Below, in pieces: positions 9,942 through 18,453 of a stretch of DNA of 64,000 nt (position 1 is the first letter of the stretch; the number at the start of each line of letters is the position of its first letter). The DNA comes from an uncultured Vampirovibrio sp. Its GTDB lineage: Bacteria > Cyanobacteriota > Vampirovibrionia > Gastranaerophilales > Gastranaerophilaceae. The position numbers were made by a program, and so were the translations under genes. The stretch is taken from contig CAJUAL010000007.1 of assembly GCA_910584405.1 (NCBI GenBank), forward strand, positions 46,895 to 110,894, given 5' to 3'. The notes below the pieces were generated by a model. That model made no database searches. It was not told the origin of the DNA and saw only the letters and a list, made by a program, of their open reading frames with translations.

Positions 9942-10883
9942 ATGGCTTTTTTTTCTGTTATTATTCCTGTTTATAATGTTGAAAATTATCTTTCTAAGTG
10001 TTTAGACAGTGTAACATGTCAAACTTTTGCAGATATTGAGATAATTTGTGTAAACGACGGTTCAACTGATGAGTCTTTATCTATACTTGAAAAGTATGCG
10101 CAAAATGATAAGCGTATCAGAGTTATAAATAAAGAAAATCATGGGGTGTCTGCTGCAAGAAACGATGGAATCTCTGTTGCAAACGGTGAATTTATCATGT
10201 TTTTGGATGCAGATGATATGTATTTACCTCAAACATGTGAGTATGTTTATGAAAAAATAAAGCAAGATAACCCTGACATTGTTTGTTTTGGTCATTCTAA
10301 TAATGTTAAGCTGGTGGAAAAACTTGCAAAACGTGCAGATAAAGCAAAGCTTGGTAATATTATTGCAAATCAGGTTTTTATATGGAATAAAGCCTTTCGT
10401 AAAAGTTTTTTAACCGAAAATTCAATAAGTTTCCCGATAGGTGTGAAAACTGCAGAAGATATTGTATTTTGTTGTCGCTGCTATTTTTGTAAGCCTAAAT
10501 ATTCTTACATTCCAAAATCCTTGTATTTATATACAACAAAACGTGAAAATTCAGCAACAACACAAAACATTTGTTGTATTGAAAATGATATGAAAGCTTA
10601 TCGGGTGATTGCTGAATCTGATTCATATAAATCCTCGGATAAGTCTGTAAGATTATTGATTACAAACCACTTTTTATCAGGTTCTGTCAGGTATTGGAAC
10701 ACTTTGACGGTTGAAGAGTACAGAGAAAAATATTTAAATGATATAGAAGAATTTTTAATTTTAGTTAAAAATCAATTTTCTTTTGCTGATTGTTTTAAGA
10801 TTAATCGATTTAGAAAACTTTCGCTTATCATTTATCGCAATAAATTGACACAATATCTTAACAAGCATAAAATTAATTTATGA
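9942..10883 (+). CDS. Family 2 glycosyltransferase
   Basis: FSVIIPVYNVENYLSKCLDSV...EIICVNDGSTDES...FLDADD, the GT2 DxD architecture. Confidence 0.75.
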   Translation: MAFFSVIIPVYNVENYLSKCLDSVTCQTFADIEIICVNDGSTDESLSILEKYAQNDKRIRVINKENHGVSAARNDGISVANGEFIMFLDADDMYLPQTCEYVYEKIKQDNPDIVCFGHSNNVKLVEKLAKRADKAKLGNIIANQVFIWNKAFRKSFLTENSISFPIGVKTAEDIVFCCRCYFCKPKYSYIPKSLYLYTTKRENSATTQNICCIENDMKAYRVIAESDSYKSSDKSVRLLITNHFLSGSVRYWNTLTVEEYREKYLNDIEEFLILVKNQFSFADCFKINRFRKLSLIIYRNKLTQYLNKHKINL

Positions 10884-11641
10884 ATATAAAAGAATTTTTA
10901 ACAGGTTATAAAGGAAAAGATATCCCAAAAGAGTTGAAAGCTTTCAACTGGGGGGCGTATATTTTTACTTTTATCTGGGGGATAAAATATAAAGCATGGA
11001 TTACATTACTGGCAATTCCGTTTATGGTATTTCAGCTTCCTCTGGGGTTAAATTGGTTATTGTTTGCTGTATTGCAAATATATTGCGGTATAAAAGGTAA
11101 TGAATGGGCCTATCAGGTTGAGTGGTGGAAAAGTCCTGCCGAATATAGAAGAACTCAGCTAAAATGGGCTGTCTGTGCTATGCTGCTTACTCTTCTTTGC
11201 CCGCTTGTTGCAGGAATATTGGCTGTAAAATTTGCTAAAAATCCTGATAATTTAAAAGATTTTGTCAGAAACTCACAGTGTGTTACTGCAAATAATAAGG
11301 TTAAAAAAGGTATAGTGAGAGTTTCTGTTACTTCGACTCCTAATGAAATGGCTCAGAAATTTTCAACCAGGTTTAAGAATACACGTGTTGAAGGCAATAA
11401 GGTGATTTTTACTAACGGAAAAAATGAGTCGTATTATATTATGTTTGATAAAATGGACAATGATGCAGCCTGTGATGTTTCTAAAAACTGTTTTATAACT
11501 TCAAATTATGAGCTTCCTGATATGATGATACTTCCGTTTGACGCATGTACTTTCTATTTTGATAATAATAAAAATGTTATTCCTGATAAGAGTACTTCTG
11601 AAGCTTTGCAAAAAGGTGCAAACATATTTAAGTATTTGTAG
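10880..11641 (+). CDS. DUF2628-like membrane protein with a Cys-containing C-terminal domain
   Basis: FNWGAYIFTFIWGIKYKAWITLL resembles the DUF2628 membrane motif. 4-nt ATGA overlap with the GT2 gene. Confidence 0.45.
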   Translation: MNIKEFLTGYKGKDIPKELKAFNWGAYIFTFIWGIKYKAWITLLAIPFMVFQLPLGLNWLLFAVLQIYCGIKGNEWAYQVEWWKSPAEYRRTQLKWAVCAMLLTLLCPLVAGILAVKFAKNPDNLKDFVRNSQCVTANNKVKKGIVRVSVTSTPNEMAQKFSTRFKNTRVEGNKVIFTNGKNESYYIMFDKMDNDAACDVSKNCFITSNYELPDMMILPFDACTFYFDNNKNVIPDKSTSEALQKGANIFKYL

Positions 11642-11663
11642 TAATTAATTATTATAGACATTA

Positions 11664-11692
11664 AAAAAGACTCACATACGTGAGTCTTTTTA
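11664..11692. terminator. Rho-independent terminator after the eda-csaB operon; also usable by the convergent tRNA-Leu
   Basis: AGACTCACatacGTGAGTCT hairpin followed by TTTT. Confidence 0.6.
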
Positions 11693-11696
11693 AGTT

Positions 11697-11783
11697 TGCT
11701 CCAGGCCAGACTTGAACTGGCACTGGGTTATACGCCCAATTGGATTTTAAGTCCAACGCGTCTACCGATTCCGCCACTGGAGC
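11697..11783 (-). tRNA. tRNA-Leu (anticodon UAA), type II with a long variable arm; CCA not encoded
   Basis: Reverse complement GCTCCAGTGGCGGAATCGGTAGACGCGTTGGACTTAAAATCCAATTGGGCGTATAACCCAGTGCCAGTTCAAGTCTGGCCTGGAGCA folds as a cloverleaf. It has a 7-bp acceptor stem, an anticodon loop CTTAAAA, a long variable arm and a TTCAAGT T-loop. Confidence 0.9.
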
Positions 11784-11829
11784 ATATCTGTCGGCTACTC
11801 GTTTATAATATAACAAACAATCCTTATTG

Positions 11830-13032
11830 TCAATCAGAAAATTTGTTCAAATATTTATCAATTTCTCTAATTCTTATTGTAATGTCTTCAATAATTAAAT
11901 TTAGAGAGTTTGAAACTGTTTCCACATTGGCGCAGGTTGAGCGTCCCAGTAAGCCTGTTTTTATATTGTTAAATGCAAGTTTTTGGAATAGAGAAATTGC
12001 ATCGTAAAGCTCTGAATCTATAATTTTATTTACACCTGCAAGGTATATAAATAATTCTGCCAATGCGTTTTTTCCTGCGGAATATTTTTTTAAAACAAAA
12101 AATCCCTGAATATTTCTCAATTTATCCAATATTTCGGAATAAATTTCTAAAATATTTTGTTTTTTCATGACCAGATAATTTTTAAAATAGTTCATTGTCT
12201 GGCGGTATCCGTCATCAATAATTGCTTGTCTTTTTTCATTCGGGTAATTAAAATCAACAACAACTACATTTCCTGTATCTATGACAAGATAATCATATTT
12301 ATCTTTTTTGCCGTAGATATTCTTTATAAAATCAGTTTCAGATGATGTTATACAGGTATACATGCCGTTAACATATTCTATAGGACTTGCGTCTTTTCCT
12401 GCATAAGTTCCTTCAAGCCTTATTTCAAGAATCCTGTTTTCTGTGTTTTTCAGATTCTTTGATAAAGACCACATAGGTTTACCTTTCATCAAATCTCCGT
12501 CAACAAGCATCTCATCATCAACTGTTAATGCTCGCATTAATCCGGGCATACAGCATGAAATTCTTACTGCCATCGCAACTTCAAAATCAGGCGTTTCGAA
12601 GTTTGAAAATTCTTTGCAGGTAAAAGTTTTCATATTTGTCGTTATAATTACAAGATTTTTGTTTAAATCCTTGAAAGAAACAGGTCTGCACTGACCTTTT
12701 AAATACGCTTCTTTATAGTATTTTCTTTCTATTAAATCTCTAAGCCATTCAAGGAATACTTCCCCTTTACTTAATGCAAATTTCTGGTTAAATCCGAGCG
12801 ATATATCTCTGAATAACTCGAAGTTTACTGATAAAAATACCTCTGCAATTTCTTCATACGTATACCCGACAGCATATAATGCTGCAATCATTGATCCGAC
12901 AGAAGAACCTGCAAGGGTTGTTGCTTCTATACCTAATGTTTCCAGAGCTTTTATTACCCCAACATGAGCCGCTCCCCGTATCGCGCCTCCGCCAAATAAA
13001 CATGTGTATTTAAAATTATTATGCTCTCTCAT
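11830..13032 (-). CDS. Patatin-like phospholipase family protein with a ~150-aa C-terminal extension
   Basis: GGGAIRG oxyanion motif, GSSVG nucleophile elbow, and DGD catalytic Asp motif. Confidence 0.8.
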   Translation of the reverse strand: MREHNNFKYTCLFGGGAIRGAAHVGVIKALETLGIEATTLAGSSVGSMIAALYAVGYTYEEIAEVFLSVNFELFRDISLGFNQKFALSKGEVFLEWLRDLIERKYYKEAYLKGQCRPVSFKDLNKNLVIITTNMKTFTCKEFSNFETPDFEVAMAVRISCCMPGLMRALTVDDEMLVDGDLMKGKPMWSLSKNLKNTENRILEIRLEGTYAGKDASPIEYVNGMYTCITSSETDFIKNIYGKKDKYDYLVIDTGNVVVVDFNYPNEKRQAIIDDGYRQTMNYFKNYLVMKKQNILEIYSEILDKLRNIQGFFVLKKYSAGKNALAELFIYLAGVNKIIDSELYDAISLFQKLAFNNIKTGLLGRSTCANVETVSNSLNLIIEDITIRIREIDKYLNKFSD

Positions 13033-13114
13033 TTCTAATTCTCATTTTATCATAAAAAAAGGATTAACCATTCCCCGGTCAATCCCTTTTCTTGTTTTGA
13101 AGTTTTTTATGAAC

Positions 13115-13423
13115 TTAAGCTGCGATACCTTTAATTTCTCTAATAAGATATTCTGCAACCCATTCAAAATCTTTATTATCATGTGCTGCTTTTTTTAAGT
13201 ATTCAACTGATGCATCACCGATTCTGATAAGAGTCATTGCAACAACACCTCTTTTGATACCTCTTACTACTTGTAATTGGTTTACTAATTCAGGAAGTAC
13301 TTCTGTTCCGATACTTACTAATTCGTTTTCAATTTTATTTTTTGTTGTGTTGTCTGCGTTTTCTAATTCTGATAATATTTCATTAACTGATGGCATATTT
13401 TCATCTCCATGTTTTAATCTCAT
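13115..13423 (-). CDS. Small HEAT-repeat (PBS-lyase type) protein
   Basis: VRGIKRGVVAMTLIRIGDASVEYL resembles the PBS lyase HEAT-like repeat (VR..A..ALG.IGD). Confidence 0.45.
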   Translation of the reverse strand: MRLKHGDENMPSVNEILSELENADNTTKNKIENELVSIGTEVLPELVNQLQVVRGIKRGVVAMTLIRIGDASVEYLKKAAHDNKDFEWVAEYLIREIKGIAA

Positions 13424-13472
13424 TTACATTATTATTATAATTTAAAAAATAAGCGATTCTTGATTTCCTTAC

Positions 13473-13499
13473 ATAATCTTTATATCTTATAAAGATTAT
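13473..13499. repeat. Perfect 11-bp inverted repeat (ATAATCTTTAT-N5-ATAAAGATTAT) between the HNH-protein gene and the HEAT-protein gene
   Basis: Seen directly in the sequence. The stem is AT-only, so a protein-binding operator is more likely than a terminator. Confidence 0.5.
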
Positions 13500-13510
13500 T
13501 AATATCTTCT

Positions 13511-15481
13511 TTATATGCTGTCTGAAAAGTCAAATTTTCCGCGGGTTTCTTCTTTTACAAGATCAATGATGTTTTGTGCCCAATCCTCATAACCTTCCAG
13601 TTCTCCGCGTTTTGCCATATCATTTATTGTTCGTAATTGGAGCGGGAAATATATTCTGGCTTTCGGATTTTGAATAAGCCACGGGAAGATTTGCTTACCG
13701 CCTTTTATAACTTGGTTGCAGAATTTGCATAACCCGATCATGTTATTTTTATTGTTTTCTCCGCCTTTTTTCTTGGCGACAAGGTGGTCGGCTGTTGCTA
13801 AATCTGAGTTAAATATTTTATATATTATTGTTTGCAGCGGGTCTTTATCTTTTTGCATGTCTTGTTCATTGTATTTTACTATAGTATTTTTATTGCAAAT
13901 AATTTTTATTTTATTTAAAAATGTATACAAAAAGACCGGCATATTTTTATCAAAATCAAAGTCTTTTAATCCTTCACTGACGAAACTCATGTAATTAAAG
14001 TCTTTTTTCAGTTTCCCGCTTGAAATATATTCAAATATTGCTTTTGCTATTTTGTCGTAATTTTGAACTTCTGCAAGCGGTCTTGTTTGAAGTATATAGC
14101 TTCTGGCCTTTGAAAAATCTTTGAATGCTTTTAGTACTTCTTCTTCCGCGTTTTTATCAGCATGATATTGTACTAATTCAACTAGTTCTTGTTTTGAAAT
14201 GTCGGGATTTTCTTCTGCTAACTTTATCACTAAATCAGCATTTTCTCTTGCATATTCACCTATGTATTTATCGTATTCTTTGAGTATGCCGATATAGCCT
14301 TTTATTGTTGAACGGTGGGCAAGTTCATGTTCGATTTTTTGCTTTATTTCATGCGGCAGCAATGTAGAACCGCAGCCAGCACAAGGGATATCGGTTTTTG
14401 TTTGACTTATTGGTTCAAATTCATTGTGGCGGGATGCTATTTGATTTAGTTTTTTTATTGTGTTTATTTCATCTGTGCTAAAAGTTATTTCATGCCTTGA
14501 AATTCTGTCTATAAAGGTTGTTAAATAATATATGTATGATGAATTGGTTTCCAGATTTCGATGCCCTAATTTTACTGAAATATCTTGAAGATATTTTCTG
14601 ATGTTTTCTTTTAGTGCAGGATCTTCTAAGTCTGTTGGGATTAAAAATGTTTTTCCGGATTTCTGAGCGCAGGAATGACATGTCAGAATTTCGTTATTAG
14701 GGTTATCCAGCTCAAAGATGTTTGAAATTTTACCATGATTTACCAATGATTTGGAAAAAATTCTTCCTGCCATTATTTTTGCAATTTCTGATGGTGATTT
14801 TTCTTCTATGTCAGGAATTTTAAATACGTATAAGTAATCGCTGCTCTTTTTAAGGCTTAAAACTGTATTATTTAAAATCTCAATATATTCTGCCTTGTTC
14901 ATATTACAGTTTTTTAGTACAGGTATAAGTTTCTTATTATAATTGTAACTACTTATGGTTGGTTTGATTTCGCTTACAAATTGTTGGATTTCCTCTTGAT
15001 TTTCCTGAGATTGAGATTTTGAAAATTCTAAAAGATAGTTGTTTGATTTGTCTACAGCATCTTTATGTTTTAAGAATGCACCTTTGTTGAGTTTATTAAA
15101 GTATTGTTTAAAATCATTATCAATGGTTTCGTGTCTTCTTAATATTTTATGCATGCCTGACGGGACATAGTCTTTATATTCATTTACTAACTCGGAAAAA
15201 TCACTTGCTGTTTCAACTTCTGAAGCTTTATCTAAAATAGTTTGGAACTCTTTTTCTGTCAGCATAGCAGTACCGCATCGGGGGCAATGTATTCCATTTA
15301 TATCTGTAGCTTGTGATAGATATGAAGGAGCATTGCTTTTTGATACTTCAAATGAATCCTCTGTAGGGGAAGCTTGAAAGCTTATAAATGGGGATTTTTG
15401 AATATTTTGAAGCTGTTTTTGTATGTATAAATTATAATTTATCGGTAAAATTTTCATTACAAGGTTAGTAAACCCTGTCAA
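13511..15481 (-). CDS. Large multi-zinc-ribbon protein with a C-terminal HNH nuclease motif
   Basis: Three CxxC-containing ribbons (CPRCGTAM, CHSCAQKSGKTF, CAGCGSTLL). C-terminal ADHLVAKKKGGENNKNNMIGLCKFCNQVIKGG fits the HNH consensus DH..P..GG...N..LC..CN..K. The start lies 12 nt after the trxB stop. Confidence 0.6.
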   Translation of the reverse strand: MTGFTNLVMKILPINYNLYIQKQLQNIQKSPFISFQASPTEDSFEVSKSNAPSYLSQATDINGIHCPRCGTAMLTEKEFQTILDKASEVETASDFSELVNEYKDYVPSGMHKILRRHETIDNDFKQYFNKLNKGAFLKHKDAVDKSNNYLLEFSKSQSQENQEEIQQFVSEIKPTISSYNYNKKLIPVLKNCNMNKAEYIEILNNTVLSLKKSSDYLYVFKIPDIEEKSPSEIAKIMAGRIFSKSLVNHGKISNIFELDNPNNEILTCHSCAQKSGKTFLIPTDLEDPALKENIRKYLQDISVKLGHRNLETNSSYIYYLTTFIDRISRHEITFSTDEINTIKKLNQIASRHNEFEPISQTKTDIPCAGCGSTLLPHEIKQKIEHELAHRSTIKGYIGILKEYDKYIGEYARENADLVIKLAEENPDISKQELVELVQYHADKNAEEEVLKAFKDFSKARSYILQTRPLAEVQNYDKIAKAIFEYISSGKLKKDFNYMSFVSEGLKDFDFDKNMPVFLYTFLNKIKIICNKNTIVKYNEQDMQKDKDPLQTIIYKIFNSDLATADHLVAKKKGGENNKNNMIGLCKFCNQVIKGGKQIFPWLIQNPKARIYFPLQLRTINDMAKRGELEGYEDWAQNIIDLVKEETRGKFDFSDSI

Positions 15482-15493
15482 AATATTTTTTGC

Positions 15494-16432
15494 CTATACT
15501 TTTACACCTTTTAACGAATCAATGTACTTAAGTGCATACACTGCCCCTGTAGCTCCGTCTGAGGCAGCTGTAATTACTTGTCTTAACGGTGTGTTTCTGA
15601 CATCTCCGACCGCGTAAACTCCCTCAATTGAAGTTTTCATTGTTTCATCAGTTAAGATAAATCCCTTACTGTCTTGTGCTACTTGTCCGTTTATTTTTTC
15701 AACGTTAGGACAAATTCCTATATATGGAAATATTCCCTCAACTCCAAGGGTTGTGAATTCTGCGCTTTTTGCATTTTTTAAGATGATTGAGTTTACTGTA
15801 TTTTCACCTTTAATTTCGGTTACGCAAGTGTCCCAGATTATTTCAATCTTTTCGTTGTCAAAGGCTCGTTGTTGAATAATTTTATCAGCTCTGAGTTCAT
15901 CTCTTCTGTGAATAATGTATACTTTTGAGGCAAATCTGGTTAGATAAACAGCTTCTTCAACCGCAGAATTTCCTCCGCCGACAACCGCTATAACTTTATC
16001 CTTATAAAATGCTCCGTCGCATACTGCACAATAACTTACACCTCTTCCGATAAATTCTTCTTCTCCGGGGATACAAAGTTTCATCGGCTTTGCTCCGGTT
16101 GCAATGATTACTGTTTTTGCATGAAATTCATCGGTTTTTGTTTTAATAATTTTAGGCTGCGATACAAGATCTATAGTTTCAATTTCCTGCATTGGAAATT
16201 TTTGCAGCCCAAACATATCTGCGTGCTGTTCAAATTTTTCCATTAAGTCATATCCGCCTATTTTAGAAAAGCCCGGGTAATTTTCCAGTTCCAAGTAATT
16301 AGATGGTTGACCGCCAAGCATGTTTACATCAACAATTGCGGCAGAAATTCCTCCTCTTGATGCGTATAATCCTGCGCTAAACCCTGCAGGGCCTCCTCCT
16401 AAAATTACTGTATCAAATTCATAAGTTTGCAT
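15494..16432 (-). CDS. trxB: Thioredoxin-disulfide reductase
   Basis: ILGGGPAG FAD motif, CAVCDG redox-active site, GGGNSA NADPH motif. Confidence 0.9.
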   Translation of the reverse strand: MQTYEFDTVILGGGPAGFSAGLYASRGGISAAIVDVNMLGGQPSNYLELENYPGFSKIGGYDLMEKFEQHADMFGLQKFPMQEIETIDLVSQPKIIKTKTDEFHAKTVIIATGAKPMKLCIPGEEEFIGRGVSYCAVCDGAFYKDKVIAVVGGGNSAVEEAVYLTRFASKVYIIHRRDELRADKIIQQRAFDNEKIEIIWDTCVTEIKGENTVNSIILKNAKSAEFTTLGVEGIFPYIGICPNVEKINGQVAQDSKGFILTDETMKTSIEGVYAVGDVRNTPLRQVITAASDGATGAVYALKYIDSLKGVKV

Positions 16433-16442
16433 ATTACAATCC

Positions 16443-16943
16443 TCAATTCTTTAATATACTTTCTCCTGCAATTTTTTCGCCGCGAAGTGAATATTTTGCA
16501 GTTTCTGTTTTCATTGTTTTTCCGTTAACTTCTGACACTGTGTCTAACTTTAGCTCATCGAATCCTTCAAAACTTTCTCCGTTAATTGTTATACTTACAG
16601 TATCCGTTAAGTATTTGTTTCCGTTTCTTCCGCTTTTTGTAAATGTAACAGTATCTCCTTCAACACTGTTTATTTCAACTTTAGCACTTGCTCCCGAAAA
16701 CGGATTACTTAAATTAATGACGTCATTTTCAACAGATAAGTTCCACAAATCTAAGCCTTTTTCTTTAAAAGTTATAGGTGAATCCGTATCAATGCGTTTT
16801 GATACAACCCGCCATAATCCGTACATTGCATTTGGTACGGCAGTAACCGAACCTTTTAATACGGGCTGAGTTGCTTTTGCAATACTTATTACGCTGACTA
16901 CAACGAAAAATATTAAAGAAACTATTGTAAGAACTTTTTTCAT
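16443..16943 (-). CDS. Secreted hypothetical protein (signal peptide)
   Basis: N-terminal hydrophobic signal MKKVLTIVSLIFFVVVSVISIAKA. Tightly packed between pgi and trxB. Confidence 0.5.
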   Translation of the reverse strand: MKKVLTIVSLIFFVVVSVISIAKATQPVLKGSVTAVPNAMYGLWRVVSKRIDTDSPITFKEKGLDLWNLSVENDVINLSNPFSGASAKVEINSVEGDTVTFTKSGRNGNKYLTDTVSITINGESFEGFDELKLDTVSEVNGKTMKTETAKYSLRGEKIAGESILKN

Positions 16944-16944
16944 T

Positions 16945-18336
16945 TTAAGCTGATGCCATTTTCATTTGAAGGTTTTTTGCAGAATCTTCATATCCTGCTC
17001 TGCCCATTAATGCATAAGTGTAATTTTTTGCCTGTTCAACACCTGGCTGATTAAAGGTATTAATATTATATAATTCTCCTGCTATTGCTGTTTGAACTTC
17101 AAACATATAAAGCAATTGTGCAAGGTAATAACCGTTAACTTTAGGCATAGTGATTGTTACTGTCGGTCTTGCATAATCAGATAATGAAACTCTTGTTGAA
17201 TCTGCTTCTGCATTGATTAAATCGTTCATTGTTTTCCCGCCTAAGTAACCTATTCCTGTGTATTCAAAAATTTTAGGTATATCGAGCGTTGTATCAAATT
17301 CTTTAACTCTGATAAAGTTTATAATCTTGTCATTCGGACCTTCGTTATATAATTGAATTTGAGAATGTTGATCTGTTGCACCGAGAGCTTTAACAGGGGT
17401 TTGACCGATATGAACGTGATTTCCTTGTTTGTCGGTATCTTTTCCCAGTGATTCTGCCCAAAGTTGAACATACCAATCCGAAACATATTTTAATTTACTT
17501 GAATACGGCATCATTACAGAAATATGTTTGCCTCGTTTTATATCAAGTAAGTATTGTATTAACGCGTTTTGGGCTGCAATATTTTCATTGATGTCGGTAT
17601 TTTTTAAGGCTAAATCCATATCCTTAATACCGTTCATTATTTCATCAATATCAATTCCCACTAATGCAAATGGTAAAAGACCTACTGCTGAAAAGACCGA
17701 AAATCTTCCACCAACATCATCCGGAACTACAAATGTTTTATAACCTTCTTGTTCTGCAATTTGACGAAGTACACCAGTTTGTTTATCGGTTGTTGCTACA
17801 ACATTTTTTCTGTATTCGTCTTCTCCGAGTTCTTTTTCCAGTCTGTCTTTTACAATCATAAATTGTGACATTGTTTCTGCGGTTGAACCGGATTTTGTTA
17901 TTACATTAACAAGAGTTTTTTTCAAATCTAAAATATCAAGTAATCCGTTTATAGAATCAGGGTCGATATTATCAAGAAAGAAGATTCTCGGGAAATCGTC
18001 ACGTTGTTCTTTTGAAAGTAAATTCCAATAAGGTTTCAATAAAGCTTCTGTTACGGCAATTCCGCCTAAAGCTGAGCCGCCGATTCCTAAGACCAATATA
18101 TTATCAAATCTTCCACGAACCATTGACGCGTATTCTTTGACATACCATAAGGTTTCTTCATTATAACCGAGATTCATCCATTGAAGCCATTGACCCGGTT
18201 TGTCTTTACGTTTGTTTAAGTCGCTTATGATTTCTGCGATACGTTCTTTATATTCTGTGAATTCTTTTTGAATATTCAGTCCGTGTTCCGGACCTACAAC
18301 CATTGCATCCGCGTTTCTATAGTCAAACGTAATCAT
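16945..18336 (-). CDS. pgi: Glucose-6-phosphate isomerase
   Basis: Bacterial-type Pgi, 463 aa: LGIGGSALG, conserved ...SKSGSTAET..., and a C-terminal catalytic region. Confidence 0.9.
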   Translation of the reverse strand: MITFDYRNADAMVVGPEHGLNIQKEFTEYKERIAEIISDLNKRKDKPGQWLQWMNLGYNEETLWYVKEYASMVRGRFDNILVLGIGGSALGGIAVTEALLKPYWNLLSKEQRDDFPRIFFLDNIDPDSINGLLDILDLKKTLVNVITKSGSTAETMSQFMIVKDRLEKELGEDEYRKNVVATTDKQTGVLRQIAEQEGYKTFVVPDDVGGRFSVFSAVGLLPFALVGIDIDEIMNGIKDMDLALKNTDINENIAAQNALIQYLLDIKRGKHISVMMPYSSKLKYVSDWYVQLWAESLGKDTDKQGNHVHIGQTPVKALGATDQHSQIQLYNEGPNDKIINFIRVKEFDTTLDIPKIFEYTGIGYLGGKTMNDLINAEADSTRVSLSDYARPTVTITMPKVNGYYLAQLLYMFEVQTAIAGELYNINTFNQPGVEQAKNYTYALMGRAGYEDSAKNLQMKMASA

Positions 18337-18453
18337 TGATACCTAAAATCCCTTCCTCTTATATTTTTCAATTAACCTCTATTTCTATTTTATATACTCA
18401 ACAATAAAAAACAAGCCCTCTTACTGGAAGAAGGCTTGTTTAAGGTTTTCTTA

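Noticed and set aside
11696-12007. Plus-strand ORF of 103 aa from the track
   Set aside because: It starts inside tRNA-Leu and runs antisense through the 3' end of the patatin gene. It is a spurious frame.
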